64,000 nt of DNA. Origin: Anaerolineae bacterium. Its GTDB lineage: Bacteria; Chloroflexota; Anaerolineae; Epilineales; JAHCIE01. The notes under the pieces are model-generated. The model was not told where the DNA came from. It worked only from the letters and a program-made list of their open reading frames with translations, and did no database searches. Every line of letters begins with the position of its first letter. Position 1 is the first letter of the stretch. Shown piece after piece: positions 1 to 9,400 of this stretch. The stretch covers positions 5,689-69,688 of the forward strand of contig JBDHWG010000024.1 of the NCBI GenBank assembly GCA_039810085.1. The letters run 5' to 3'. A program made the position numbers and the translations under genes.

Positions 1-576
1 TTGCGCCTAGCCCCACCTCATTGGAGCACGCTTGTGCGTCGATTGATATTTCTGATACTCCTGGCGCTGCTAGGCGGCGGGTTGTTTGTGTGGCTCGATT
101 CGCGGCAAGGGCCAGGAGACAAAGTCGCGGCGTATGTGAGCGCCGTGGCAAATGCAGACGAGCGGAGAGCACTGGCTACATGGGAACTTCCCACATGGGC
201 GTTACCGAATGACCCCCATTCAGCTATGCTGGCAGAACGTCGGCAAGCGGTTACACAGGAATTGCTTGTGTCCCACATTGGAGCGGATTTCACCGTTTTG
301 GAGACTGAATGGTGGGACACCTGCTGCGAGCCGCATCTTGCCCGAGACCCCGGTCAGGCGCGCCTCGCTCGTCTGCGTGTTCAACTTCGTGGGCAAAGCC
401 AGGGAGACCTTGTCTATGTATTCGATGTTGCCAGGGTCGATCGGGTGGGATGGTTTCCGGCCTCCGACCTTCTCCCTCGCCGCTGGGTGGTGCATGATGT
501 CTACCCGGCCAATCAGATGCCTCTTACCTTCCGCTGGGTGCGAACGAGCGAAGGTAGCTCGCATCCCCTGCCCTAG
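1..576 (+). CDS. hypothetical membrane-anchored protein (TTG at position 1; may be 5' truncated by window edge)
   Basis: ORF from window start; N-terminal hydrophobic helix LIFLILLALLGGGLFVWL; no recognisable family. Confidence 0.35.
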   Translation: MRLAPPHWSTLVRRLIFLILLALLGGGLFVWLDSRQGPGDKVAAYVSAVANADERRALATWELPTWALPNDPHSAMLAERRQAVTQELLVSHIGADFTVLETEWWDTCCEPHLARDPGQARLARLRVQLRGQSQGDLVYVFDVARVDRVGWFPASDLLPRRWVVHDVYPANQMPLTFRWVRTSEGSSHPLP

Positions 577-588
577 TGGACGATAACA

Positions 589-1104
589 TTACTCATCTTG
601 CGATGATCTTTGTATATCAACTGGAGTAGACAAAAGTTTTTGGTACAACTGATCGCTGAGCCAAAAACCATTTGCTCTTAAGTCATCGAGTACACGTTTG
701 AAGTCTGGAATGAACTCGGCGCGATACGCAGCAAGCAAGACACCAACTGTTCCCTTCACAGGGAGTCCAAGCCGTTGAGCATGCGCTCGCCCCAGGTCAT
801 CATCCAGTAGTAACCACGAAGCGTTGATCTCGCGCGCCAGCACGATCGCTTCAGACTCACCCGCGCCTAGCGTCGCCTGTAGAGTGGCAACCGCGAGTTG
901 ATCCTGCACCGAACGCCGATGCAGCCATCCCTCCTCCACTGCTCTGATAATCAACTGAGCATCTAGCTTTCCTTCACCCCGGATGACAACCTCGTGCCAC
1001 ACAGCCTCAGGGACTACGATCTCTGTGAATAACGGACGGAGTACCGAAAGAAGATCAAGTCCGGCAAGCGCGATAAGAGGGCTCGAGTTCGAGACGATTG
1101 TCAT
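589..1104 (-). CDS. DUF3368/PIN-like domain protein (toxin-type partner)
   Basis: N-terminus SPLIALAGLDLL typical of DUF3368 PIN-like proteins; 4-nt ATGA overlap with upstream small ORF. Confidence 0.6.
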   Translation of the reverse strand: MTIVSNSSPLIALAGLDLLSVLRPLFTEIVVPEAVWHEVVIRGEGKLDAQLIIRAVEEGWLHRRSVQDQLAVATLQATLGAGESEAIVLAREINASWLLLDDDLGRAHAQRLGLPVKGTVGVLLAAYRAEFIPDFKRVLDDLRANGFWLSDQLYQKLLSTPVDIQRSSQDE

Positions 1105-1397
1105 CCCTGACTCGCCTGCGTCGCGTCGCCGAGGGCTGTGGCCTCCCGCAGCTCGCGATCCAGCTCATCATCTGTGTAGGCGACCCACGGAGTGCGATGT
1201 TGCCTCGTGAGAGCCATGAACTCAGCGAGGGAAATGCCGGCGATCTCAGACGCCTTACCTGCGGAGACTCTGCGCACGCGAAACAATTCAAGCGCGACCC
1301 AGACCTGGACCTCGCGTTCCAACTCCTGCCGCGACATACGAAGCAGCGCCGGCAAATCGTCGGGGACTTTGATCTCTAGTGAAACTATGCTCATCAC
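1101..1397 (-). CDS. UPF0175-family antitoxin-like protein
   Basis: 98 aa; MSIVSLEIKVPDDL...SAGKASEIAGISLAEFMAL pattern of UPF0175; translationally coupled to DUF3368 gene. Confidence 0.6.
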   Translation of the reverse strand: MMSIVSLEIKVPDDLPALLRMSRQELEREVQVWVALELFRVRRVSAGKASEIAGISLAEFMALTRQHRTPWVAYTDDELDRELREATALGDATQASQG

Positions 1398-1822
1398 ACT
1401 TCCTCACAGCATGACCATCGTGTACCACATATTCTAGCACATGTCCGCTACAAGCGCAGGGGCGAAGCGCGGGTGTAACCCCAGGCTTCGCCCCTATGCA
1501 GGACAGATAAGTGCTGGACCGCGCTCTACCGCTTGGCGCTCCCGGAGGTATTACACCACACAAGGAGGGCTGAGACGACTAGGATTACGATTAGCGTTTC
1601 CATGACTCTCTCCGGACACTCGATTGCGGCGGGCGGGTTCTTGCCCTTATAAACGCGCTCGCTTCCGGGAAGTTACGGCCCTGCGCCTTAAATTCCAACG
1701 TTTGCCTTACATTCGCCCTACGTTGTGCTCTCGCGCGTATCGCCCGCGCCCCTCCTTCGTCTCTACTCATGATGGTTGCCATCCATTTCGCCTATTCCAC
1801 CACCCAGTAGAAGGACTCCCAA

Positions 1823-3991
1823 ATGCGCATATCCCCCCGCATCGCGCTTGTGTGGGCGGCGCTGGCCTGCCTCAGCCTCGGCTGGTTCGGCCGCATCGCC
1901 CTGGCCGCCACCTCAACGGCTGACGCGCCGAGTGTTGCCGCGCCGACCACGCTCGGCCCCAATCTGCTCAACAACCCCTCATTCGAAAACGGCTTCGACC
2001 CTGCCGCCATCGGCGTATCGTCCGGCCTAGTCGGCAAGGGCTGGCACGGCTGGTACATCCCCGCTGCGCCGAACGAGGAACTAGGCTATCACTTCGCGCC
2101 GGAGTATTCCCCGGAGAACATCTGGAAGCCGAGCATCATGGTGCATCGCGGTGACCTGGCGCAGACGATGTTCAACACCTTTGCCACCCACGACGCGGGC
2201 GTGTGGCAAACCGTCGGCGGCCTGACGCCCGGCCAAACGGTGGAGTTCTCCGCGTGGGTGCGCGTCTGGTCCAGCGAGTGCGACGACCCGTGTGTCTCCC
2301 CGACCCAGCCGTGCGTGAACGGTGATAACAACACCAACGGCAACTACCAGGTCGCCGTCGGCATCGACCCGACGGGGGCCGACCCGCGCGTGCCGGGCAA
2401 CGAGCGGCAGCCCATCGCGCCGCCATCATCCGTTGTCTGGTCACCTTTCGTGCAGCACTACGACGAGTATATCCCGCTGACCATCCGCGCCGTGGCTCAG
2501 AGCGACCATGTCACGGTCTACACACGCGGCAAGGTCGAGTGGAAGGTCCATTACAACTACTCCTTCTGGGACGACGCGCGCCTGTCGGTCGTCACGGACG
2601 ACACAGTAACGCCCGAAGCGACGCCAACACTCTACCTCACGGTGACCCCGCAAGCTACGACGACCTCGACTCTCCCCGCGCCGAGCGCCACGCCCACGGC
2701 CACATCGACCACCGGTATCCGGGACAAGATGGTCTACCTGCCGCTATTGGAGCAGGCCAAACAGCTGCCGCTTACGTCAACGCCGACCACAACCGCGACC
2801 AGCACGGCGACAACACCGCCGACACACACGCCCACGCCGACGCCGACATGGACTGTGCTCATTCCTACGGTTGTGCTGCCGACGGTCACACCTACCGCTA
2901 CATCGACTGAGTCTGCGCCCACGGTGACCACCACCGTGACGCCTACGGTAGAGCCGCCGACGGTAACACCAACGGCGACCCCAACGGCCAACCCCATCAC
3001 GTGCAGCGACGTCATCGTCAACGGCGGCTTCGAGGCCGACAATGCCTGGCAGATTCAGGCGGCTGTCCCCTATCCGGCCAGCATCGAGAGCGGCGTCGCC
3101 CACGGCGGCCAGCATGCGCTCCAGCTTGGGCCGACCGGCGTCGCAGCCAGGGAGAGCTGGTCGTATGCCTGGCAGGTGGTGAGCATATCGGCCAATGCCC
3201 GGAGCGCCCGCCTGCACTACTGGGTGCGCGCTGCCAACGCCGACAACGCCGACCACGTCGAGGCCATCATCTACACCGCCCAGGGCGTGCCGGTGCAGCG
3301 CCTGCTCGATACGCAGGGCACGTCCGACCAGTGGCGCGAGTACACGGCGGACGTAAGCAGCTGGGCTGGCGCGACCATCCAGGTGCTGTTCAACGCCTAC
3401 AACGACGGCAAGGGCGAGACGCTCCGTGCTTACGTTGACGACGTGGGGCTTGACGTGTGCGCGCAGCAGAGCGCAAGCGCGGAAGCTGTGGAGAAGGCGC
3501 TCACGGCGCCGCTTGCCATCGTCGCGCCGCAGCAGCCCGCGCGGCGGGTCGAGGGCTGGCCCAACGTCCACTTCACCTGGGTCACCTATTCGGCCCATCA
3601 GATCGGACGCTCGAGCAAGTGCGCTGAGTGCGATGTAGAGTGGGCCTTCCTGCAGAACGACGGCGACCCCGTCGACCTGGCAGGCTGGACCATCACCAAT
3701 GAGAAGGGCGACCGCTACACCTTCCCATCCCTGCTCTTGCAGACGGGCGAGGGCCTGCGCTTGCACACGCGCAGCGGCGAGATCACGCGCACGTCGGGCG
3801 CCTACAACTTCGGCTACCACGGCTCGGCTGTTTGGGACGTATTCTGGGGCAGCGCAACCGGCCTGCTCGCCGATCCCGATCAGGGGCAGTCTGGACGCCT
3901 GACCATCACCGACCCGCAGAACCGGCAGCCGCCCGGCAGCATCTGTTGGGGGCCGAACCAAACGACGGCCGGGGCCTGCCCAACCCCTTGA
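1823..3991 (+). CDS. secreted protein: signal peptide, two CBM4/9-like beta-sandwich modules separated by Thr/Pro linkers, C-terminal lamin-tail domain (LTD)
   Basis: Signal peptide with hydrophobic h-region LVWAALACLSLGWFGRIALAA; NNPSFENGFD and NGGFEADNAW CBM-like starts; TPTATPT linkers; C-terminal VEWAFLQNDGDPVDLAGWTITNEKGDRYTFP matches LTD consensus. Confidence 0.75.
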   Translation: MRISPRIALVWAALACLSLGWFGRIALAATSTADAPSVAAPTTLGPNLLNNPSFENGFDPAAIGVSSGLVGKGWHGWYIPAAPNEELGYHFAPEYSPENIWKPSIMVHRGDLAQTMFNTFATHDAGVWQTVGGLTPGQTVEFSAWVRVWSSECDDPCVSPTQPCVNGDNNTNGNYQVAVGIDPTGADPRVPGNERQPIAPPSSVVWSPFVQHYDEYIPLTIRAVAQSDHVTVYTRGKVEWKVHYNYSFWDDARLSVVTDDTVTPEATPTLYLTVTPQATTTSTLPAPSATPTATSTTGIRDKMVYLPLLEQAKQLPLTSTPTTTATSTATTPPTHTPTPTPTWTVLIPTVVLPTVTPTATSTESAPTVTTTVTPTVEPPTVTPTATPTANPITCSDVIVNGGFEADNAWQIQAAVPYPASIESGVAHGGQHALQLGPTGVAARESWSYAWQVVSISANARSARLHYWVRAANADNADHVEAIIYTAQGVPVQRLLDTQGTSDQWREYTADVSSWAGATIQVLFNAYNDGKGETLRAYVDDVGLDVCAQQSASAEAVEKALTAPLAIVAPQQPARRVEGWPNVHFTWVTYSAHQIGRSSKCAECDVEWAFLQNDGDPVDLAGWTITNEKGDRYTFPSLLLQTGEGLRLHTRSGEITRTSGAYNFGYHGSAVWDVFWGSATGLLADPDQGQSGRLTITDPQNRQPPGSICWGPNQTTAGACPTP

Positions 3992-4003
3992 TCTGAGAGC
4001 GTG

Positions 4004-4041
4004 GAGCGCGCCGGCCCACTCACCGGCGCGCTCTTTTTGTT
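4004..4041 (+). terminator. Rho-independent terminator after LTD gene
   Basis: perfect 11-bp stem GAGCGCGCCGG/CCGGCGCGCTC, 8-nt loop, followed by TTTTTGTT. Confidence 0.6.
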
Positions 4042-4113
4042 GCGTGCGCCATCGGCTTATGCTAGACTCGTTGAGGCACGCGACTTGCGCCATGCCCAGC
4101 AGGAGATCGAGCC

Positions 4114-4446
4114 ATGTCAGGACGGCCACGCGGCCGCATCGTCTATTCCACCGACCCTGAGCCGGACCCCGAGCCTCAGAAACCGGCCGCCCCTGCGTCG
4201 CCGAAGAGCCAGACGCTCTACGTCGAGCGCGACCGCAAGCGGCGGCGCGGCAAGACGGTGACGGTGGTCAGCAACATCGTCGCCAATGAGGCAGCGCTGC
4301 GCGACCTCTTGAAGACGCTCCAGAAGCGGTGTGGCGCGGGCGGCACAGCCAAGGACGGCGAGATCGAGATTCAGGGCGACCACCGCGAGCGTGTGGCTGA
4401 GTACCTGACTGAGCTAGGTTATAAGGTGAAGTTCAAGGGCGGATGA
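4114..4446 (+). CDS. translation initiation factor SUI1/YciH family
   Basis: 110 aa; RRGKTVTVV...GTAKDGEIEIQGDHRE...LGYKVK core of SUI1 fold. Confidence 0.8.
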   Translation: MSGRPRGRIVYSTDPEPDPEPQKPAAPASPKSQTLYVERDRKRRRGKTVTVVSNIVANEAALRDLLKTLQKRCGAGGTAKDGEIEIQGDHRERVAEYLTELGYKVKFKGG

Positions 4447-4451
4447 CAACG

Positions 4452-4484
4452 AGACCTGACAGGTTTTGAAAACCTGTCAGGTCT
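4452..4484. repeat. perfect 16+1+16 palindrome AGACCTGACAGGTTTT-G-AAAACCTGTCAGGTCT (copy 1 of 2)
   Basis: exact inverted repeat between SUI1 stop and next gene SD; near-identical copy at 54468-54500. Confidence 0.7.
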
Positions 4485-4504
4485 GACTCGCCAAGGAGAG
4501 GGCT

Positions 4505-5410
4505 ATGCGGCTGGGCGTTGTGTTTCCTCAAACCGAAATTGGGCCGGATGTGCAGGGCGTTCACGACTACACTCTGGCGGTCGAGGAGATGGGCTACACC
4601 TATCTCCAGATTTACGATCACGTCCTCGGCGCCGACACGAGCAAGCGCCCCAACTGGAGCGGCGCATACCGCCTGGAGAGTCAATTCCACGAAGTGATGG
4701 TCGTCTTCGGCTACATGGCCGCCATCACGCGCAGCATCGAGCTGGTCACCGGCATCCTGGTGCTGCCGCAGCGACAGACGGCTCTCGTCGCCAAGCAAGC
4801 GGCGGAGGTTGACCTGCTGAGCAACGGGCGGCTGACCCTGGGCGTCGGCGTCGGGTGGAACGCGGTCGAGTTCGAGGCGCTGGGTGAGGACTTCCACACC
4901 CGCGGCCGCCGCATCGAGGAGCAGATTGCGGTTCTTCGCGAGCTGTGGACCAGGCCGAGCGTCAACTTCCAGGGCCGCTCTGTGACCATCCCCGACGCCG
5001 GCATCAACCCACTCCCCATCCAGCGCCCGATCCCCATCTGGATGGGCGGCAACTCCGAGCCGGTGCAGAATCGCGTCGGGCGGCTGGCAGACGGCTGGCT
5101 GCCTCACTGGCGCGCCTTTCCCTCGGTCGAGCAGATGCGCGCTGCTATCGCCCGCGTCCACGACGCGGCCCGCGCCGCCGGTCGTGACCCGTCACACCTG
5201 GCTGTGGCCGGGGTGATGTCCATCGGGCGCAACTCGCCCGACCAGTGGCGGCAGGAGGCGCTGGACTGGATGGCGGCGGGCGCGACGCACATGGCCGTCA
5301 ACACAATGGGCGCTGGTCTGGCCTCACCCCAGGAGCATATCGACGCGCTGCGCCGTTTCGTTGACGAGGTCGTGCCGGCTGTGGAGGAGGCCGATGCTCA
5401 GCGATCCTGA
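4505..5410 (+). CDS. LLM-class F420-dependent oxidoreductase (luciferase-like monooxygenase family)
   Basis: TIM-barrel LLM motifs (YDHVLG, LTLGVGVGW, IPIWMGG); SD AAGGAGAGGG upstream. Confidence 0.75.
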   Translation: MRLGVVFPQTEIGPDVQGVHDYTLAVEEMGYTYLQIYDHVLGADTSKRPNWSGAYRLESQFHEVMVVFGYMAAITRSIELVTGILVLPQRQTALVAKQAAEVDLLSNGRLTLGVGVGWNAVEFEALGEDFHTRGRRIEEQIAVLRELWTRPSVNFQGRSVTIPDAGINPLPIQRPIPIWMGGNSEPVQNRVGRLADGWLPHWRAFPSVEQMRAAIARVHDAARAAGRDPSHLAVAGVMSIGRNSPDQWRQEALDWMAAGATHMAVNTMGAGLASPQEHIDALRRFVDEVVPAVEEADAQRS

Positions 5411-6179
5411 ACGCGAGGTCTGGCGGCGCGTGCTGACCTTTGACGAGGTGAGCCACGCGTTCTGGGCCAATCGCGAGGACTGGCCGGGTGTCGCCGTGTT
5501 CACCAACACGCTGGACGACGCCGGAAACGTCGCCGTTCTGCACTCGACGCCTGAGGATGACGTTGATGCGCTGATTGAGCGGCTCATTCGCCACTATCGC
5601 TCGGTCGGCATGATGCCACGTGTGCGCGTCACGCCGCTTTCGGAGCCGACCGACTGGCCGAGCCGCCTCGCGCAGCATGGCTTTTTGGAAACGACGGAGC
5701 ATGAGGTATTCATGCGCCTGGTGGGCGACCTGGCGAAGCCGGCCAATCCGTTGGTCTGCGTGCGGCGCGCGCCGCAGGAGATCAGTGTTGAAACGTTCGT
5801 CGAAACGCAGAGTGCAGGCTTTGGTTTCGGCGGCAACGCGGAGCGCAGCATCGAAGCCGCCTATCGCAATCTAGAGACGCACGACTACTACTACTTCGTC
5901 GCTGAGCTTGGCGGTGTCTCCGTCGGCGCAGCATCGATGCTATACGGCGACGGCGTCGTTGGTTTGTGGGGCCTGGCGACGCTGGAACCATATCGACGCC
6001 AGGGTATCAGCACGACCCTTCTACACAGAATCGTGGCCGAAGGGCGGCAGCGGGGCGCTGACATCATCTACCTGTCGGCCGAGCCGAACAGCTACGCGCA
6101 CCGCTTCTATCGTACCCTCGGCTTCGTAGACCTTTTCACGGTGGATACGTTCGAGCTGCCGCCCGGCGAGACGCACTAA
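5394..6179 (+). CDS. GNAT family N-acetyltransferase
   Basis: RRQGISTTLLHRIVAEGRQRGADIIYL acetyl-CoA binding motif; start chosen at ATG overlapping upstream stop (alternative ATG at 5361). Confidence 0.65.
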   Translation: MLSDPEREVWRRVLTFDEVSHAFWANREDWPGVAVFTNTLDDAGNVAVLHSTPEDDVDALIERLIRHYRSVGMMPRVRVTPLSEPTDWPSRLAQHGFLETTEHEVFMRLVGDLAKPANPLVCVRRAPQEISVETFVETQSAGFGFGGNAERSIEAAYRNLETHDYYYFVAELGGVSVGAASMLYGDGVVGLWGLATLEPYRRQGISTTLLHRIVAEGRQRGADIIYLSAEPNSYAHRFYRTLGFVDLFTVDTFELPPGETH

Positions 6180-6229
6180 GACAAAGCCAACTCACGATCC
6201 TTAATCACTAAACGCCACAATCACTGGCT

Positions 6230-6294
6230 GTCACGCTGAGCGGAGCGAAGCGTCCCTAAAGCAACCGGGATGCTTCGCGTTCGCTCAGTATGAC
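6230..6294. repeat. short inverted-repeat element (GTCACGCTGAG...CTCAGTATGAC), variant of the GTCATTGCGAG family
   Basis: terminal inverted repeats and internal CGAAGC/GCTTCG arms; in convergent intergenic region. Confidence 0.5.
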
Positions 6295-6361
6295 GTCCGC
6301 CGCCATCACTTCGTCACCCCGTCACTCCGTCACGACTGCCGGAATGTTTTGCATCGCGATG

Positions 6362-7375
6362 CTATACCGAGGCAACCTCGTCGGCAGCGCGGCGCGCGAC
6401 GCGGACATGGCTATCCGGCGTCTCGACGGAGATCGAGCAGGCCGGGCCGAGGATCCAGCGCCGGTCGCCCGTCTCCCGAGCCGCCGCGCGCGCCTCGTCC
6501 AGGATGGCCGCCTCTGGTCCACTCAGCAGCGTCTCATTGTGGAAGCCGCCCACAACCGCCGCCTTCGTCGCCTTCTGCACCTCAACCAAGGACGGGTTGC
6601 CCGGCGAGCCGACCGCCCAGTTGATGGCGTGAACGGGATAGTCGGCGAGCTTGAGGGCCATGTTGTTGTTCTTGCAGACGTGCAGCACGTTGAGCGGCGC
6701 GCCCTGGACAACTTCTAGGACGCGTAGGTCATACGGGCGGCCGAACTCGGCGTACTGCTCATCCGTGAGCAGGTCGTAGCTGGCCCAGTGAGTGGTCGCA
6801 AAGAAGAGGCCGCTCGCGCCCGCCTGGAGGACCTGGCGCACGAAGGCGCGAAACGTCTCGGTGATGACTTCCAACGCGCCGTGGAGCGCCTGCGGGTCCT
6901 CTTTCATGTGCGTGACGAGCGTCTGCTTGTCAGCCACCATGTCGCCCGCGATGGACACAGGGTTGAAGACCGTTTCGACGGCGTAGATATCGGGGCCGAG
7001 GCCCTGGCGAATCAGCCCGATGGCTTCGAGCTGCTCCGCGAGCTGGCCCGAGTCCGGCGGCAGCGGCTTGAGCTTGGCCCAATCCCGCGTGCTCTGGATT
7101 GGCACTTTGAGCGTTTCGGGCTTGACGAAGGCATTCCCGCTGAAGCGCAGCTTGACGCCCCAACCTTCGACGTGGTACGAGGCGCGCGGGTTGATTTTCA
7201 TCCAGTCCCAGTCGTAGGTGTGCTGCCAGCGCAGCATCGACTGGGCCAATCCCTGGGCGGTTTCCTCGGTCTCATAGAAGTGACGCCATAGGCTCACCGG
7301 CGGCCGGTCCACCGGCTGCCCGCGCAACGCCGTATCCATGCGTTCTTTCTTCGTCATGGTCTTAACTTCATTCAT
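6362..7375 (-). CDS. uroporphyrinogen decarboxylase (URO-D) family protein, MtaA/CmuA-like methyltransferase type rather than HemE
   Basis: URO-D fold motifs (VDRPPVSLW, DMVADKQ); lacks HemE WMMRQAGR motif; start set at ATG preceded by AAGGAG 7 nt upstream. Confidence 0.7.
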   Translation of the reverse strand: MNEVKTMTKKERMDTALRGQPVDRPPVSLWRHFYETEETAQGLAQSMLRWQHTYDWDWMKINPRASYHVEGWGVKLRFSGNAFVKPETLKVPIQSTRDWAKLKPLPPDSGQLAEQLEAIGLIRQGLGPDIYAVETVFNPVSIAGDMVADKQTLVTHMKEDPQALHGALEVITETFRAFVRQVLQAGASGLFFATTHWASYDLLTDEQYAEFGRPYDLRVLEVVQGAPLNVLHVCKNNNMALKLADYPVHAINWAVGSPGNPSLVEVQKATKAAVVGGFHNETLLSGPEAAILDEARAAARETGDRRWILGPACSISVETPDSHVRVARRAADEVASV

Positions 7376-7453
7376 GCTTATCTCCTTGGGTAAAGGCGCG
7401 ATACCGTCTGCCACTCTCGCTGGCGCATAAATTATAGTCAGGTCCCGCCGTCG

Positions 7454-8431
7454 TCACTTCAGCGCCTTCACAATCTCATCCACATCATAGCGCATCATCT
7501 TCACGTAGCTGTCGCCCGCGCTGCCCGGCTCACCCAGGGAATCGGTGTAGAGCGTGCTTACCACTCTCGCACCGGAATCCCGCGCAATCTGCTCGGCGAG
7601 GCGTGGGCTGACCGTATTCTCCGCGAACACAGCGCGCACCCCGGTCTGGCGCACGGTCTCAACGAGCCTGGCGATGTCCTGCGCCGAGGGCTGGGCCTCC
7701 GGGCTGAGGGAGGGGATGACGGCCCCGACCACGTCGAAGCCGTAGCGCGCGGCGAAGTAGCCGAAGGTATCGTGGTTCGTCACCAGCTTGCGCCCCTCCC
7801 TGGGAAGCGTCCCCACTTGCTGCACAATGCTATCGTCTAGCTCCTTGAGCTGCCCCAGGTAGCGCTCGGCGTTGGCGCGGTAGGCATCGGCGTGGGCCGG
7901 ATCCGCGGCGGCCATCGCGTCGCGGATATTCTCGACGTACTTCATCCCGTTCGCCACGTCGAGCCACAGGTGCGGGTCCACCCGCTGGTCGCTCGCCGGT
8001 GCGGCTGACGCCACGCTCTCGTGCCCCCCCTCGTCCATTTGCAGCAGCTTGAGGCCATCGGAAACGACGACGCGCTTTGCCTTCGTGCCGGAGCTTTCGA
8101 CCAGCTTGTTTAGCCAGCTCTCGAAGTTTGCGCCGTTTTCGAGGAGAATGTCGGCCCGCGCGAGGGTTTGCGAGTCGCGCGGGTTGGGCTGGAACGTGTG
8201 AGGGTCGGCGCCGCGCGGCAGGAGCGAGACGACCTCGGCGTTGTCACCGGCAACGTTCTGGGCCATGTCAGCGATGATGGTCGTCGTAGCGACAAACGTT
8301 AGACGCTTCCCCGTTCCCCCACTCGTGCCCGTCGTTGCAGGTGGCGCGGCTGGCGCGCACCCGGCTAGAACAAGCAATGCTGTAAGGATGGCGAGGCCAT
8401 GCGCCCACCGACGATTGAGAAGAAACCGCAT
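7454..8431 (-). CDS. metal (Zn/Mn) ABC transporter substrate-binding lipoprotein, ZnuA/TroA family; no cognate permease/ATPase adjacent
   Basis: lipobox LAGCAP; TroA-like motifs (ADPHLWLD, HDTFGYF). Confidence 0.7.
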   Translation of the reverse strand: MRFLLNRRWAHGLAILTALLVLAGCAPAAPPATTGTSGGTGKRLTFVATTTIIADMAQNVAGDNAEVVSLLPRGADPHTFQPNPRDSQTLARADILLENGANFESWLNKLVESSGTKAKRVVVSDGLKLLQMDEGGHESVASAAPASDQRVDPHLWLDVANGMKYVENIRDAMAAADPAHADAYRANAERYLGQLKELDDSIVQQVGTLPREGRKLVTNHDTFGYFAARYGFDVVGAVIPSLSPEAQPSAQDIARLVETVRQTGVRAVFAENTVSPRLAEQIARDSGARVVSTLYTDSLGEPGSAGDSYVKMMRYDVDEIVKALK

Positions 8432-8582
8432 CTAGATATCCTTAATTGAAAAAATTTCTCAATACGCTCGCTCAAATTATATGCCCCTTGCACGTGACGG
8501 GCCAAACCTCGGCGGCCCACGAGACGCATGCGTGTATAATTGGAGACCTTGGTTGCCCCAATCATTCCGAAAGCGAGAGACT

Positions 8583-9380
8583 ATGCCCGCCTCACCCCTC
8601 CCGGCTTCCGACCCTTCCACGACATCCCCTGCTCGTGTTGCGCTCGTTACCGGCGCAGCGCGGGGTATCGGCCGCGCGGCGGCAATCGCCCTTGCCGAGA
8701 GTGGCGCGGATGTCGCCGTCAACGACGTCGCCCACCTCGACCAGCTTGAGGTCGTCGCGACCGAAATCGAAGCCCTGGGGCGGCGTGCCTTGGTGTGCCC
8801 GGGCGACGTGGCCGACGCGGCGCAGGTCGTCCGTATCGTCGATAGGGCGGTCGCTCACTTCGGGCGGCTCGACATCGCCGTTGCTAACGCGGCACGTTCG
8901 ATCCGCAAGCCATTCATCGAGTTGACCTGGGACGAGGCGTGGGCGACGTTCTCCGTGACGCTGTTCGGGGTGTGGCATACGTGCCAGGCGGCGGCGCGAC
9001 AGATGGTGCGACAGGGGCAAGGGGGCAAGATCATCATTGTCGGCTCGGTACAGGCCGAGGTGCCTGTCGCGGGGGCAACGGCGTACGGGACGAGCAAGGC
9101 GGGCATCACCCATCTGGCGGAGATTCTTGCGGTGGAGCTTGCGCCCCACCGCATCAACGTCAATGTGATTCATCCCGGCTGGACGGACACGCCGGGCGAG
9201 CGCGACCACTACTCCGAGGAAGACTTGCGGCGGGCGGGCCTCGCGCTGCCCTGGCAGCGGCTGGCGCAGCCGGGCGAAATTGGCTGCGCCATCCGTTTCC
9301 TCGCGTCCGACGAAGCAGAGTACATCACGGGCGCCGCCCTCCGCATCGACGGCGGCTTCATCCTCCGCCCGCCAGTGTAG
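8583..9380 (+). CDS. SDR family NAD(P)-dependent oxidoreductase
   Basis: TGAARGIGRA Rossmann motif, YGTSK catalytic motif, PGWTDTP. Confidence 0.75.
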   Translation: MPASPLPASDPSTTSPARVALVTGAARGIGRAAAIALAESGADVAVNDVAHLDQLEVVATEIEALGRRALVCPGDVADAAQVVRIVDRAVAHFGRLDIAVANAARSIRKPFIELTWDEAWATFSVTLFGVWHTCQAAARQMVRQGQGGKIIIVGSVQAEVPVAGATAYGTSKAGITHLAEILAVELAPHRINVNVIHPGWTDTPGERDHYSEEDLRRAGLALPWQRLAQPGEIGCAIRFLASDEAEYITGAALRIDGGFILRPPV

Positions 9381-9400
9381 TACCAGCCAAAAGAAGAGCA

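Noticed and set aside
2777-4129. 450-aa minus-strand ORF antisense to the LTD protein gene
   Set aside because: Arg/Gly/Ala-rich low-complexity translation typical of antisense frames in high-GC DNA; the plus-strand gene has clear domains and a signal peptide
4452-4484. Palindrome as Rho-independent terminator
   Set aside because: No downstream U-tract on either strand; recurs elsewhere, so more likely a REP-like or protein-binding element
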